Origin: Candidatus Gastranaerophilaceae bacterium
GTDB taxonomy: Bacteria; Cyanobacteriota; Vampirovibrionia; Gastranaerophilales; Gastranaerophilaceae
Length of the DNA: 38,169 bases
Direction: 5' to 3'
Assembly (NCBI GenBank): GCA_031547505.1
Contig: JAVBRY010000225.1
Location: forward strand, 1-38,169
Numbering within the stretch: the stretch's first letter is position 1; each line of letters opens with the position of its first letter. This document shows, piece by piece, positions 25,502 through 34,312 of this stretch. The notes below the pieces were generated by a model. That model was not told the DNA's origin, ran no database searches, and saw nothing but the letters and a program-made list of their open reading frames with translations. The translations under genes were made by a program, and so were the position numbers.

Positions 25502-26629
25502 ATGAAATATAAAGATTATTACGAAACATTAGGTGTAAAAAAAGACGCAACGCAGACAGAGATTAAGTCTGCATATCGTAAACTTGCTAAAAAATTCCAT
25601 CCGGATGTTAACAAAACAGCTGAAGCGTCCGAAAAATTCAAAGATATAAACGAAGCATTCGAGGTTCTTTCAGACAAAGATAAACGCAAAAGGTACGACA
25701 GTTTAGGCTCTAGCTGGCAGGCTGGGTCTGATTTTACCCCTCCGCCGGGTTATGAAAATATAAACTTTGACTTTGGAGGCGGCGCCGGTGGATTTCGAGG
25801 CGGTTCTCATGGCGGTGCCCAAGGTGCATATTCGGGGTTCGAAGATCTTGGCGGGTTTTCCGATTTCTTCAATACAATTTTCGGAAATTTTGGAGGCGGT
25901 GGCGGCGGAGGTTCATCTTCAGGGGGATTTAGGGGTGGAAGCTCTTTCTATGACGATTTTGCAGGTGGGTTCAGCAATAAAAGTTACGGTAGAAAACAGA
26001 CAGGGCAAACCGGACAAACTGCCCATACAGTCCAAAAACCCGAAGAAAAGATTGATTTGGACATCACACAGGATTTGTATGTAACAGCAAAAGATATTTT
26101 TAACCAAAAGCCGATAAACGTTAAAGTTAACAGCATTGAAAAATGCCCGAAATGCAAAGGTGTAGGCTCAGTCTGCTACCACTGCGGCGGCGCCGGGATT
26201 ATCAGCGAATCAAAACAATTGAGCGTGAAACTTCCCCCCGAGGTTAAAGAAGGACAAAAAATCCGACTCAAAGGCGAAGGCAAAAGCAGTTCTTCAGGCA
26301 AAAAAGGCGACTTGTTCTTTGTCGTGAAATTCAAAGACAGAGAATATGAAATTTGCGAAACCGACTTAACAAAAGAGGTTGAAATCACACCGCCTGAGGC
26401 GGTTGTCGGAGGCAAAAAAGAAATCTCTACGCTGCATGGAAATATCACCATCACTATCCCGCCAAAGACTTCTTGCGGTGCAAGGCTTAGATTAAAAGAA
26501 CTCGGACTGCCTAAAAAAGACGGTGGATTCGGGAACTTGAATATTAAAATCAGTCTGAATATTCCTAAAGAAATTTCTGATAAAGAAGTTGATTTGTATA
26601 AAAAGTTATTGGATTTGCAGAAGAAATAA
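25502..26629 (+). CDS. DnaJ/CbpA-like J-domain co-chaperone
   Basis: J domain with HPD, a long Gly/Phe-rich region, only two CxxCxGxG units ([16 protein letters not shown]), and a DnaJ C-terminal domain. Confidence 0.85.
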   Translation: MKYKDYYETLGVKKDATQTEIKSAYRKLAKKFHPDVNKTAEASEKFKDINEAFEVLSDKDKRKRYDSLGSSWQAGSDFTPPPGYENINFDFGGGAGGFRGGSHGGAQGAYSGFEDLGGFSDFFNTIFGNFGGGGGGGSSSGGFRGGSSFYDDFAGGFSNKSYGRKQTGQTGQTAHTVQKPEEKIDLDITQDLYVTAKDIFNQKPINVKVNSIEKCPKCKGVGSVCYHCGGAGIISESKQLSVKLPPEVKEGQKIRLKGEGKSSSSGKKGDLFFVVKFKDREYEICETDLTKEVEITPPEAVVGGKKEISTLHGNITITIPPKTSCGARLRLKELGLPKKDGGFGNLNIKISLNIPKEISDKEVDLYKKLLDLQKK

Positions 26630-26668
26630 GTTTGATAATATTTATTATGTAAAAACAACAAACAATGT

Positions 26669-26852
26669 TGTCATCCCGAAGCGCCCAGCTTTGAAGATAA
26701 TAATAATTTGTCATGTTCGGGATCTTGCCAGTCAGGTTTGAAAGCTTGAAGCTTACGGTATCAATGTGACAGATTCACCCGTTCGGGTATCCTGATTCGT
26801 ACGATTCGTTCCTCATCTACGACTCAAGCCCGCATCAAGTGCGGATTGACAG
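26669..26852. repeat. GTC-hairpin repeat, doublet (A-type)
   Basis: Left unit tgtc-ATCCCGAA-(35 nt)-TTCGGGAT. Core cttgccagtcaggtttgaaagcttgaagcttacgg. Right unit CCGCA-tcaag-TGCGG-attgacag. Confidence 0.85.
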
Positions 26853-26876
26853 AAAGATTGATGTGGTTGTCTGGAT

Positions 26877-26957
26877 TTTACCTCTCACAAAAGCAACATT
26901 TGGTTGCTTTTGTTCGGCAGAGTGCTACCGCCGCTTCGCGAACAAGCGCAATGACCA
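26877..26957. repeat. D-type module plus terminal ...gcgcaatgac stub
   Basis: tacctctcacaaaaGCAACatttgGTTGCttttgttcggcagag parallels 23355-23400. It ends with cgcgaacaagcgcaatgacc, as in F/B-type termini. Confidence 0.65.
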
Positions 26958-26978
26958 ATATTAATAAATATTATCAAT

Positions 26979-27713
26979 TTAATTAAAATACTTCTTAACC
27001 AAATTAGCAATATCCACAAGCCTTTTGCTGACTTCTGACTGGGAAATATTGACCTCTATTGCGATTTCTCTTTGTTTCATTTCTTTGATATAGCGCAAGT
27101 AAAATATTCTCAAAAACTCTTTTTCAGGTTGATTTTTTTGCTCAACCAAAACAATATCAACAACTTTTTGTAATAAATCTTTTCTGACAATTTTCTCTTC
27201 AAAAGATTCTCTCGGATCGGGAATATCATCTAAAGTCACGACTTCATATCCAAATACATCTTCTGCCTTAATTGGTTCTATATGCGGCTCCACATGTTCT
27301 ATATGTTGAGCAGTTGTATCAGAAATATCCAAAGCTGAAGTGTCCGGAGCCACATCGTAATCAAAAACCGGAGTAATATCAACAGGCTCACTGTACGTTA
27401 CCTGAGGTGTTTCTTCTACAATAGGAGTGAATTTAGGCATAACAGAAACAGCTGGAATTTCTCCTGTGCTAACATAGCGGCTTTGTTTACGCTGTATTCT
27501 GCCTGAATTTTTCAGTACCGTTAGAATTGCGGTATTAGTGACTTTTGCAATATAGCTTTCTAAATGGTTGATATCAAGGCTCTTGAATAGAGAATGAGAG
27601 CGCTTGTAAGTTTCAGAACAAAAGTCTTCAAAAAGATCCTCGTTACCCGAAAATTTAGCATTGGTTCGGACCAATTTTTCGATGAGATCCCTTTGTTCTT
27701 GAATTGTTTCCAA
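26979..27713 (-). CDS. sigma-70 family (ECF-like) sigma factor with long region2-region4 linker
   Basis: 244 aa. Region-4-like HTH at the C-terminus (FLRIFYLRYIKEMKQREIAIEVNISQSEVSKRLVDIANLVKK). Helical region-2-like N-terminus. About 100 aa of low-complexity sequence between them. Confidence 0.5.
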   Translation of the reverse strand: METIQEQRDLIEKLVRTNAKFSGNEDLFEDFCSETYKRSHSLFKSLDINHLESYIAKVTNTAILTVLKNSGRIQRKQSRYVSTGEIPAVSVMPKFTPIVEETPQVTYSEPVDITPVFDYDVAPDTSALDISDTTAQHIEHVEPHIEPIKAEDVFGYEVVTLDDIPDPRESFEEKIVRKDLLQKVVDIVLVEQKNQPEKEFLRIFYLRYIKEMKQREIAIEVNISQSEVSKRLVDIANLVKKYFN

Positions 27714-27818
27714 TTTGCCATCCCCAGTTGTTATTTAAACGTAGCATGGCTATAATATCACAAAATCAAAACTCTATACAACTTAATCGGATAGACTTGT
27801 TTGAACAGCTTGTTATTT

Positions 27819-30782
27819 CTAAAAACTGATAACCACCGATAGGTTGTAATTACTGTTGTAATCTTTAACATCAGGACCTTTAATATATTTTAATGTTTCT
27901 TTAATACTTTGTAATACAACATTATCAATTTGCTCAGAGCCGCTTGATTCAGTGACTTGAATACGTTTGATAGTATTGTCTTTTGCTACTTCAAAAGACA
28001 CTCTGATTCTCGGGTTGTATGTCGGGTCAGTTACATAAGCCAAATCATTTTGCAGATTAATTTGCAGATTCTTACCTGAAATTTGCAGATATTCTTTGAA
28101 TGACGGATCCATTACCAGATTTTGACTTACTTCCCATGAAATTTTAGTTATCGTGATTGCTGCAGGTTGTTCAGAAAATACATTTGTCATGGATTTATTG
28201 ATATCTTGTGACAGTGCAGGTTCTTCAGGTTTTGGCGGAGCCTCTGATCCGGGCAAAGCAAACGGCGATTTTTCTTCTGAAGGAGGAGTTCCGCCTTCAG
28301 GCGTTTGAGGAGTAATTTTGTTTAATTTCATATACCATGCCGCTACACCACCGCCGACAGCCAACAGAAGAACAAGCGCGCCCATGATAATTTTGTTTGT
28401 CATTTTTCTTGCGCCTTCAATAGCAGGCTGCTCTGATATATCGAGGAGAGTTTCACCTTCTTGAAGCTCCATATTTTCATCTGCATTTTCGAACAATGCA
28501 CCGATATGCTCCTCTTCGGGTTTCTTTTCGAGCTTTTCTTCGACAGGCTTAATCGGAGTTTCTTCTTGTGGTTCATCTTCAAGCATAGACTCATACAACG
28601 CCTCTTTTGGAGTTTGTTTGTCCTGATTGTTATTATCTTCGCTCAGCATGCCCATCAGCTCATCGTCCATCAGGCCTTCGATTTCAGGGTTCACCTCTTC
28701 ATCTTCTTCAGCAGATCCTTCAGGAAGAATCTCTATGCGCGAATATTCATCAGAAGGAGCTTCTTCAATAGAAATTTCTTCTGTGGTTACTATTTCATCT
28801 TCGTCAGCTTCAAGTTCTTCCACTACTTCATTTAGCTGTTCCTCTGATTCAGGCTCTTCCTCAAGAATCTCTTCTTCTTGAGAAACCACAATCTCGTCTA
28901 TCTCAATACTCACATCCTCTATTTCAAAGGATGCGGCCGAATCTTCTGACTCTTCCAGCGTTTCCAATTTTATTTCTTCAATCTCGTCAGAAGCAGATAA
29001 CTCTTCAATTTCTTCTTCAGACAATATAAATTCTTCTTCTTTTTCCATAGTTTCTTCTGCCCCTTCCCCTGTTTCTCCTTCTTCTTGCTCTTCCCCTTGT
29101 TTTAATTCTTCCAATTCTTCAATTTCTTCCGCTTCCTCAGTTTCCACTGTTTCCACTGTTTCCTCTGCTATTTCCATTTTTTCGGCTCTATCAATGCTAT
29201 CCATTCTCGGCTCTTCTTTTATTTCAACCGGCTCCACTTCAAGAGAAATTTCTTCAACGGCTTCCTCTAAAATTTCCGTTTCTAATTCTTCTATCTCGGC
29301 AGCGCCTTCGGTTTCTATTTCAATATCCATTCTCGGCTCTTCTTCAGAAGCTTCTCCAAAAGCCTCCTCATTCGTTTCTGCGGGTATTTCCACGGATATC
29401 TCCTCAGACGCCTCCTCAATTAATTCCTCGGAAACCTCCTCAACAAATACCTCAGGCTCTTCTTCGAGTTCCGTTTCTTCAACAGTTTCCTCAACCACTT
29501 CTTCCGTAATCTCTTCCATCTCGGCTTCCATCCCGGCTTCAAATTCAACTTCAGATTTAGCAATTTTTACATCCATTGTCTCTTCAAGAACAATTATCTC
29601 AGCTTCTTCCTCTGTCATTTCATCCAATTTACATTCTTCACTTACTTTTTCAAGTTCCTCTGTTTTCCCTGTTTCCCCTGTTTCTTCTTCTTGAACCTCA
29701 GAAGTTAATTCAACATTTTCCTCAGCCTCTTTGTGCTCCTCAGTGTCCACAACATCCCCGATATCAATCAAATCGTCGCTTACATTTTCAGGTTGTACAT
29801 AAATATGTTCAACAATGGTCTCACCCGCTATTTCTCCAATCACACCCTCTGCAACCACTGTGGCAGCACCTGCGACAATGGTTTCGGAGTACATAATATT
29901 AGCCGCTTCCATGATAATGTTTTCCATATTCACGCCATCAGTGACATTATCAAAAGAAGGGTCAGGTAAAGCAGGCTCAAAAGGAGGTTCCGGCTCAATT
30001 TCCTCTATCTCCTCTTCAACAACACTTTCATTTTCAAAATCCGCAAAAGCATTCTGCTCAACTCCGCCTGTCAAAACAGTTAATGTATTGTCATCAAGCA
30101 GCTCGGGGTAATTTTTTACCTGTGAAACAATATCCTCAAACTCTCCTACATCAACGAACTCTTCCCTGCACTCTGTACACGCAAGAACATGTTTAATAAA
30201 AAATAAACTCTCACTTTCATTGATTTCAGAATCCAAAAACGCAATCGTCATTCCGCTGACTCTGTCATGTTCATGCTGGGAAATAATTCTGGGTTTAGGG
30301 AATACATTAGCTAAAGCGCCTTTCAATTCATCAAACGGAGACAAAACCTTTGTACTGTAGGCAAAATACTGATCAACACTCTTAGATTCATCCAAAATAT
30401 ATGCATCCACAAAACCCAAATGCTCTATTTCTGTGAGTGTTTTATTCAACTTTACAACCGCATAAAAATCCGGTGCAGCAGAATACTTTTTGTGAGATTT
30501 TGGAACAAAAAATGCTCCGTCTTCCCAAACCACTCTTACATCAATTCTGGCGTCGCCTATGTATAAGTCAGTCAGCTCGATATTTTGTGCAAAAGCAGGA
30601 ACTTTAAAAAGACTGTATTTATAAGAAACGTCATGCCCCAATTCTTTTAAATATGAAGCAAGCGCAAAAGCTGCTGTTGAAAATGCATAAGCACGCTTTC
30701 TTAAATCAGCGTCCTCTATTTTTGCTGATATAGTCTTAGCCATTTCTAAATTTTTATTATCTATCTCGTAACTAATTCCCAT
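27819..30782 (-). CDS. multidomain membrane protein: DUF1822-like N-domain, HxxxCxxC (ZAS-type) motif, poly-acidic tract, TM helix, Pro-rich linker, TonB_C-like domain
   Basis: 987 aa. The N-terminal 130 aa resemble DUF1822 (..ASYLKELG..DLYIGDARIDVRVV..FFVP..DFYAVVKL..EHLGFV). HVLACTEC lies at aa 198-205. Glu-rich from about aa 255 to 760. TM helix IIMGALVLLLAVGGGVAAWYM. C-terminal RIRVSFEVAKDNTIKRIQVTESSGSEQIDNVVLQSIKETL resembles TonB_C. Confidence 0.6.
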   Translation of the reverse strand: MGISYEIDNKNLEMAKTISAKIEDADLRKRAYAFSTAAFALASYLKELGHDVSYKYSLFKVPAFAQNIELTDLYIGDARIDVRVVWEDGAFFVPKSHKKYSAAPDFYAVVKLNKTLTEIEHLGFVDAYILDESKSVDQYFAYSTKVLSPFDELKGALANVFPKPRIISQHEHDRVSGMTIAFLDSEINESESLFFIKHVLACTECREEFVDVGEFEDIVSQVKNYPELLDDNTLTVLTGGVEQNAFADFENESVVEEEIEEIEPEPPFEPALPDPSFDNVTDGVNMENIIMEAANIMYSETIVAGAATVVAEGVIGEIAGETIVEHIYVQPENVSDDLIDIGDVVDTEEHKEAEENVELTSEVQEEETGETGKTEELEKVSEECKLDEMTEEEAEIIVLEETMDVKIAKSEVEFEAGMEAEMEEITEEVVEETVEETELEEEPEVFVEEVSEELIEEASEEISVEIPAETNEEAFGEASEEEPRMDIEIETEGAAEIEELETEILEEAVEEISLEVEPVEIKEEPRMDSIDRAEKMEIAEETVETVETEEAEEIEELEELKQGEEQEEGETGEGAEETMEKEEEFILSEEEIEELSASDEIEEIKLETLEESEDSAASFEIEDVSIEIDEIVVSQEEEILEEEPESEEQLNEVVEELEADEDEIVTTEEISIEEAPSDEYSRIEILPEGSAEEDEEVNPEIEGLMDDELMGMLSEDNNNQDKQTPKEALYESMLEDEPQEETPIKPVEEKLEKKPEEEHIGALFENADENMELQEGETLLDISEQPAIEGARKMTNKIIMGALVLLLAVGGGVAAWYMKLNKITPQTPEGGTPPSEEKSPFALPGSEAPPKPEEPALSQDINKSMTNVFSEQPAAITITKISWEVSQNLVMDPSFKEYLQISGKNLQINLQNDLAYVTDPTYNPRIRVSFEVAKDNTIKRIQVTESSGSEQIDNVVLQSIKETLKYIKGPDVKDYNSNYNLSVVISF

Positions 30783-30868
30783 GTTTTGTGTTTCCTTGCT
30801 TCCTTCATATAATTTTTTAAATTAATTTTATCTCTCTATAAACATAGATTACATTTTTTTAAAAAATA

Positions 30869-30897
30869 TTCCAAAATTTGAATAAAAATGTTATAAT
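30869..30897 (+). promoter_or_regulatory. candidate extended -10 promoter upstream of 31007..31411
   Basis: TGtTATAAT at 30889-30897 with a weak -35 TTCCAA 17 nt upstream. Confidence 0.3.
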
Positions 30898-31006
30898 GTA
30901 AAGAAATGTATCATGTTTATCCCTCAATATAAGCACAAGTAGCAATTTTTTTTTATCCTGCGTTTTTATATACATGAAGTGAAGTGTAAAATAGGAGTGT
31001 TTAATT

Positions 31007-31411
31007 ATGTCTACCAATTTCCCAACCGCAATTGGGTCAATGAGTCCTCAGACTATCTCAAAACCGCTTACATACAGTAAAACAGCAGCGGCAGAGACAC
31101 CTAATGCGAGTGCTCAACTATATTATAATCAGCCCAAAAAGAAAAGCCACTGGTTTAGAAACCTTGTTATTGCTGCCGTAGTGGTAGTTGGCGGTGCAGC
31201 TGCCGCAAGAAAATGGAGCAGTCTTAAAGATATTTCGCTTGAACAATTAAAAGCGAAACCTGAAGGCAACCTTGGTGCAAAAGCTAAACACTATATTGCC
31301 AAATTTGGTGAAGGTGTTATCAAAACAGCCACAGACTTTGGCAAATGGATTAGCGGCGGCAAAAAAGCAAAAGATGGCACAGAAAAAGCTGCTGAAGGCG
31401 CAACAAAATAG
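31007..31411 (+). CDS. hypothetical single-pass membrane protein (134 aa)
   Basis: One TM helix (NLVIAAVVVVGGAAAA) and a Lys/Ala-rich tail. Followed by an intrinsic terminator. Confidence 0.5.
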   Translation: MSTNFPTAIGSMSPQTISKPLTYSKTAAAETPNASAQLYYNQPKKKSHWFRNLVIAAVVVVGGAAAARKWSSLKDISLEQLKAKPEGNLGAKAKHYIAKFGEGVIKTATDFGKWISGGKKAKDGTEKAAEGATK

Positions 31412-31444
31412 ACAACATAATTAAACTTTAGGTACATAAAAACG

Positions 31445-31481
31445 ACAGTCCCCAAAAGCAATTTTAGGGACTGTTGCTTTT
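31445..31481 (+). terminator. intrinsic terminator after 31007..31411
   Basis: Stem ACAGTCCC / GGGACTGT with a 14-nt loop, followed by TGCTTTT. Confidence 0.55.
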
Positions 31482-31487
31482 AAGTGC

Positions 31488-31610
31488 GTCATTACGAGAC
31501 AAAAAATTTTGGGTTACACAATGATTATTATTTCGAAGTAATCTCATTGCAAAGAGATTGCTTCGTGAGAAAATTATTACTTATTTTCAAGCCCTATGTC
31601 TCGCAATGAC
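31488..31610. repeat. GTC-hairpin element (F-type)
   Basis: Termini gtcATTACGAGACA ... TGTCTCGCAATgac are 14-nt inverted repeats with one mismatch. Internal palindrome cgaagtaatctcattgcaaagagattgcttcg. Confidence 0.8.
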
Positions 31611-31777
31611 GTGATATTTTGCGCAATACACTAACAAATAAAAATATTACCCGCTTGGCTTAGCATAACAGATAGTGCTTTTTCCCAATGTAATAATTTC
31701 AAAAAGTGGCAAAATATAAATGAAAGGATTCAATATAGTCCTGCGGAATTAAGAATAGTTATTGGGAGTAAACTATT

Positions 31778-32113
31778 ATGAAAAAAAGTATTTTATTTTT
31801 AGCACTGCTGTTTTCAGCAGGTATGTTCAGTACCCTAAATGTCTTAACTGCATATTCACAATGTGATAATGAAGTAGGAGCCTGCAAAATTTCTGATTTG
31901 AAGAAAGAACCTCCGATAGAAGACCTGCTAAACCCAACGGCTAAATCTAATGGTTTTGCTAGCGGATTTGCGAGCGGGATACCTGATGTGAACCCGCCGA
32001 GCCTTCAATGGAGATCTAATGATATGAAAATTCAAAATGCGGAACCGACACAATCTTCGCAAAAACAATCCCTTCGTCAATTTATAGGATCATTGCTAAG
32101 ATCATCAAGATAA
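31778..32113 (+). CDS. hypothetical secreted protein (111 aa)
   Basis: GGGAG RBS and a clear Sec signal peptide (MKKSILFLALLFSAGMFSTLNVLTA). Confidence 0.5.
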   Translation: MKKSILFLALLFSAGMFSTLNVLTAYSQCDNEVGACKISDLKKEPPIEDLLNPTAKSNGFASGFASGIPDVNPPSLQWRSNDMKIQNAEPTQSSQKQSLRQFIGSLLRSSR

Positions 32114-33095
32114 TCCCTCCCACTTGCATGCCGGCTGCAAATCGCTGCATAAACTTATTGTTGTCGTAAGTCTTCGATGTCTGTTGTGCGGTAGTGGCTG
32201 CCATCAGCCTTTGTATTCTGGCATCTTCATCATCGGTAAAAGTTCTTTGAAAAACCTTTTTTTCAAGTCGGGCGATTCGGTTCGAAGCTGACTCGCCCGA
32301 GAACTTTTGACCCAGAACATTTCTTTCCATTGATTCTATGTCATAAGTTAACGGATCACTGCTGCTGCTTTGATATGCTGAATCACCTCTGGCGACTCTG
32401 TTTTTTGTGTTTTGAGGAGAGTAATAATTATACTGTCCGTTGTCATTATCCATATCGCCGCTGCCGACATTTTGCCACTGTCCGCTTCCATCTTCGGTAT
32501 AATGGATATCACGGCCTTTTTTAGGGACATAAACAACCGTCTCATCATCTGAAGGCGTAACAAGCGGTTCAGTTCCTATGGTAGACAAGCGCAAATTATC
32601 CACACGTTCGCTCAGAGTACCTTTGCTTTCTTTCTTAAACACCTGTTTTTCCAAACGTGAAAGTCGTTTGTACACATCTTCGTTGGTAAATGTTTTATTA
32701 AAAACTTTTTGCTCTATTTTATCCACAACCGGGTATTTAACATCCTTTTCGGCCTGCGGTAGTTCTTCTTCTTGCGGCGAATTCATCGAACTTGCTCCGC
32801 CAGTACTGGCGTCAGCCGTCTTTTCTCCGGCAGAAGCCACTACATCAGCCTGCACATCCACAAAGAGTTTTTGTACACGCTGGTTTGTCGTTTCTTTAGA
32901 AATTTGTCCGTATATAGCTTTTTCAAGCCTGTTTAATCGTGTGGCATTATTTTCTTTTGGGTATGTGTAGCCGAAATATGATTTTTCAATTTGGTCGATT
33001 TTTGTGCCAAGAGCGTCTGTTGCTGCGTTTGCAACTGAAGTCATACAAAATATACAAGCCAATGTTAAAATGAATTTTTTCATAGTATACTTCAC
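32082..33095 (-). CDS. exported repeat protein with C-terminal hydrophobic anchor (337 aa)
   Basis: Signal peptide ending VANA-A. Six copies of a 21-22 aa unit (hE+xhhGxxFxxExxxxRhxRL). Terminal hydrophobic segment GGIILMILAMIL. Confidence 0.6.
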   Translation of the reverse strand: MKYTMKKFILTLACIFCMTSVANAATDALGTKIDQIEKSYFGYTYPKENNATRLNRLEKAIYGQISKETTNQRVQKLFVDVQADVVASAGEKTADASTGGASSMNSPQEEELPQAEKDVKYPVVDKIEQKVFNKTFTNEDVYKRLSRLEKQVFKKESKGTLSERVDNLRLSTIGTEPLVTPSDDETVVYVPKKGRDIHYTEDGSGQWQNVGSGDMDNDNGQYNYYSPQNTKNRVARGDSAYQSSSSDPLTYDIESMERNVLGQKFSGESASNRIARLEKKVFQRTFTDDEDARIQRLMAATTAQQTSKTYDNNKFMQRFAAGMQVGGIILMILAMIL

Positions 33096-33317
33096 CCTTT
33101 TTCTGTTACTTCAAAGTAATAGATATTAAGACCTGCCTCAATTGACCGGGTTTTATAAAAGAGTAAAAAAGATAGTAAGAAAAACAGTACAAAAAAGTAT
33201 AATGAAACCCTAAAACCTTCTATAAAAGAGTTTTTAGGCATAGCCGGAAAGTATTAGATTCAAAAAAAAGATGATGAATAAAAATTGTCTGTAAAATGTT
33301 TACTATGTAAAAATAAC

Positions 33318-33448
33318 TGTCATGCTGAAGCGCTAAGCCTAAGCAGTTTTTATTAATTTTTCATGTTCAGCATCTTGCCAATTAAGTTTGGAGGCTTAAA
33401 GCTTACGATTACAGTTTGATAGATGCCGCATCAAGTGCGGCATGACAG
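33318..33448. repeat. GTC-hairpin repeat, doublet (A-type)
   Basis: Left unit tgtc-ATGCTGAA-(35 nt)-TTCAGCAT. Core cttgccaattaagtttggaggcttaaagcttacg. Right unit ATGCCGCA-tcaag-TGCGGCAT-gacag. Confidence 0.85.
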
Positions 33449-33500
33449 CGAATTGAGTGCTTCAGGTGACAGTATGACTGATGCATTGTCGCATGGTTAT

Positions 33501-33902
33501 TTACAAATAATCTTCAAACTTTTTATCCACAACAAACTCATATCCGCATTCATCAAAAGTCTCATATCCGCCAAGGATGATTTTTTTGTCGAGCATAGGA
33601 TATTTTCGGCAGTAGATTGAACGGAGTAAATAGTCTTTGCACTTGTTGTCATCGCTTAACGATTTGCATGTGAATAATAATGCTCCCTTTTCGTTTTTTC
33701 CCGAAATGAAAAAATGATTATATTTTTTGTCCCATTCTCTCATCACATCAAATTGCTTTTCGGTTGTTATATAATCTTCACCATTTAAAAACACTATATT
33801 TCGACAGCAGTGACCGCACTGACGGCACTCACCTTTTACTATGTACTTTGAGGTGGAAAATTTAGAGAAAATAAAATCTATGAATTGTTTTATGGCTTTC
33901 AT
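33501..33902 (-). CDS. YkgJ-family cysteine-cluster protein (CxxCxxCC)
   Basis: 133 aa. CRQCGHCCRN motif plus downstream Cys residues (CKSLSDDNKCKDY...YCRKYP), typical of UPF0153/YkgJ. Confidence 0.75.
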   Translation of the reverse strand: MKAIKQFIDFIFSKFSTSKYIVKGECRQCGHCCRNIVFLNGEDYITTEKQFDVMREWDKKYNHFFISGKNEKGALLFTCKSLSDDNKCKDYLLRSIYCRKYPMLDKKIILGGYETFDECGYEFVVDKKFEDYL

Positions 33903-33904
33903 GG

Positions 33905-34312
33905 CTACTTAACCCAAAAATCGTTCCTCACCAAAGGAGTATCCAAATCATTAAACGCAAAAACCTGCACGAAGTAGTATCCTGCCTCATGTAAAGCAAA
34001 ACTGTTCAAAAAATAATTTTGCGCTGTGTCAACATGATAGTCTTTTGACTGATATATTTTGTAACCCCAGTGCACATTTTTTTCTTCTTTTTTAACTATC
34101 TGAAACCGAATGTATTCGTTCTTGAATCCTTTTGGCATAAGAATAGCGTAGTATATAGGCTGCCCGACACTGAAAACTTTTTCATTTGTGTTGGTTTGTT
34201 TTGTCACGGGTGCAGAGCTGAAAACCAGCATTGGCGAGTTTTTATCACATCCGCTAAGTAGAACGGAAAGCAACACAAAAACTGCAACAAATAAAAAAGA
34301 TTTTTTCATCAT
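33905..34312 (-). CDS. hypothetical lipoprotein (135 aa)
   Basis: Signal peptide with lipobox LLSGC. Its start overlaps the upstream TPR gene stop by 4 nt (ATGA). Confidence 0.6.
   Translation of the reverse strand: MMKKSFLFVAVFVLLSVLLSGCDKNSPMLVFSSAPVTKQTNTNEKVFSVGQPIYYAILMPKGFKNEYIRFQIVKKEEKNVHWGYKIYQSKDYHVDTAQNYFLNSFALHEAGYYFVQVFAFNDLDTPLVRNDFWVK

Noticed and set aside
28400-30111. Ser-, Phe- and Leu-rich ORFs opposite the poly-Glu tract (28461..28835, 28627..28881, 29194..29694, 29576..30111 set).
   Set aside because: They are mirror images of GAA/GAG-rich coding DNA, which reads as TTC/CTC-rich on the opposite strand. This is expected by-product ORFs, not genes.
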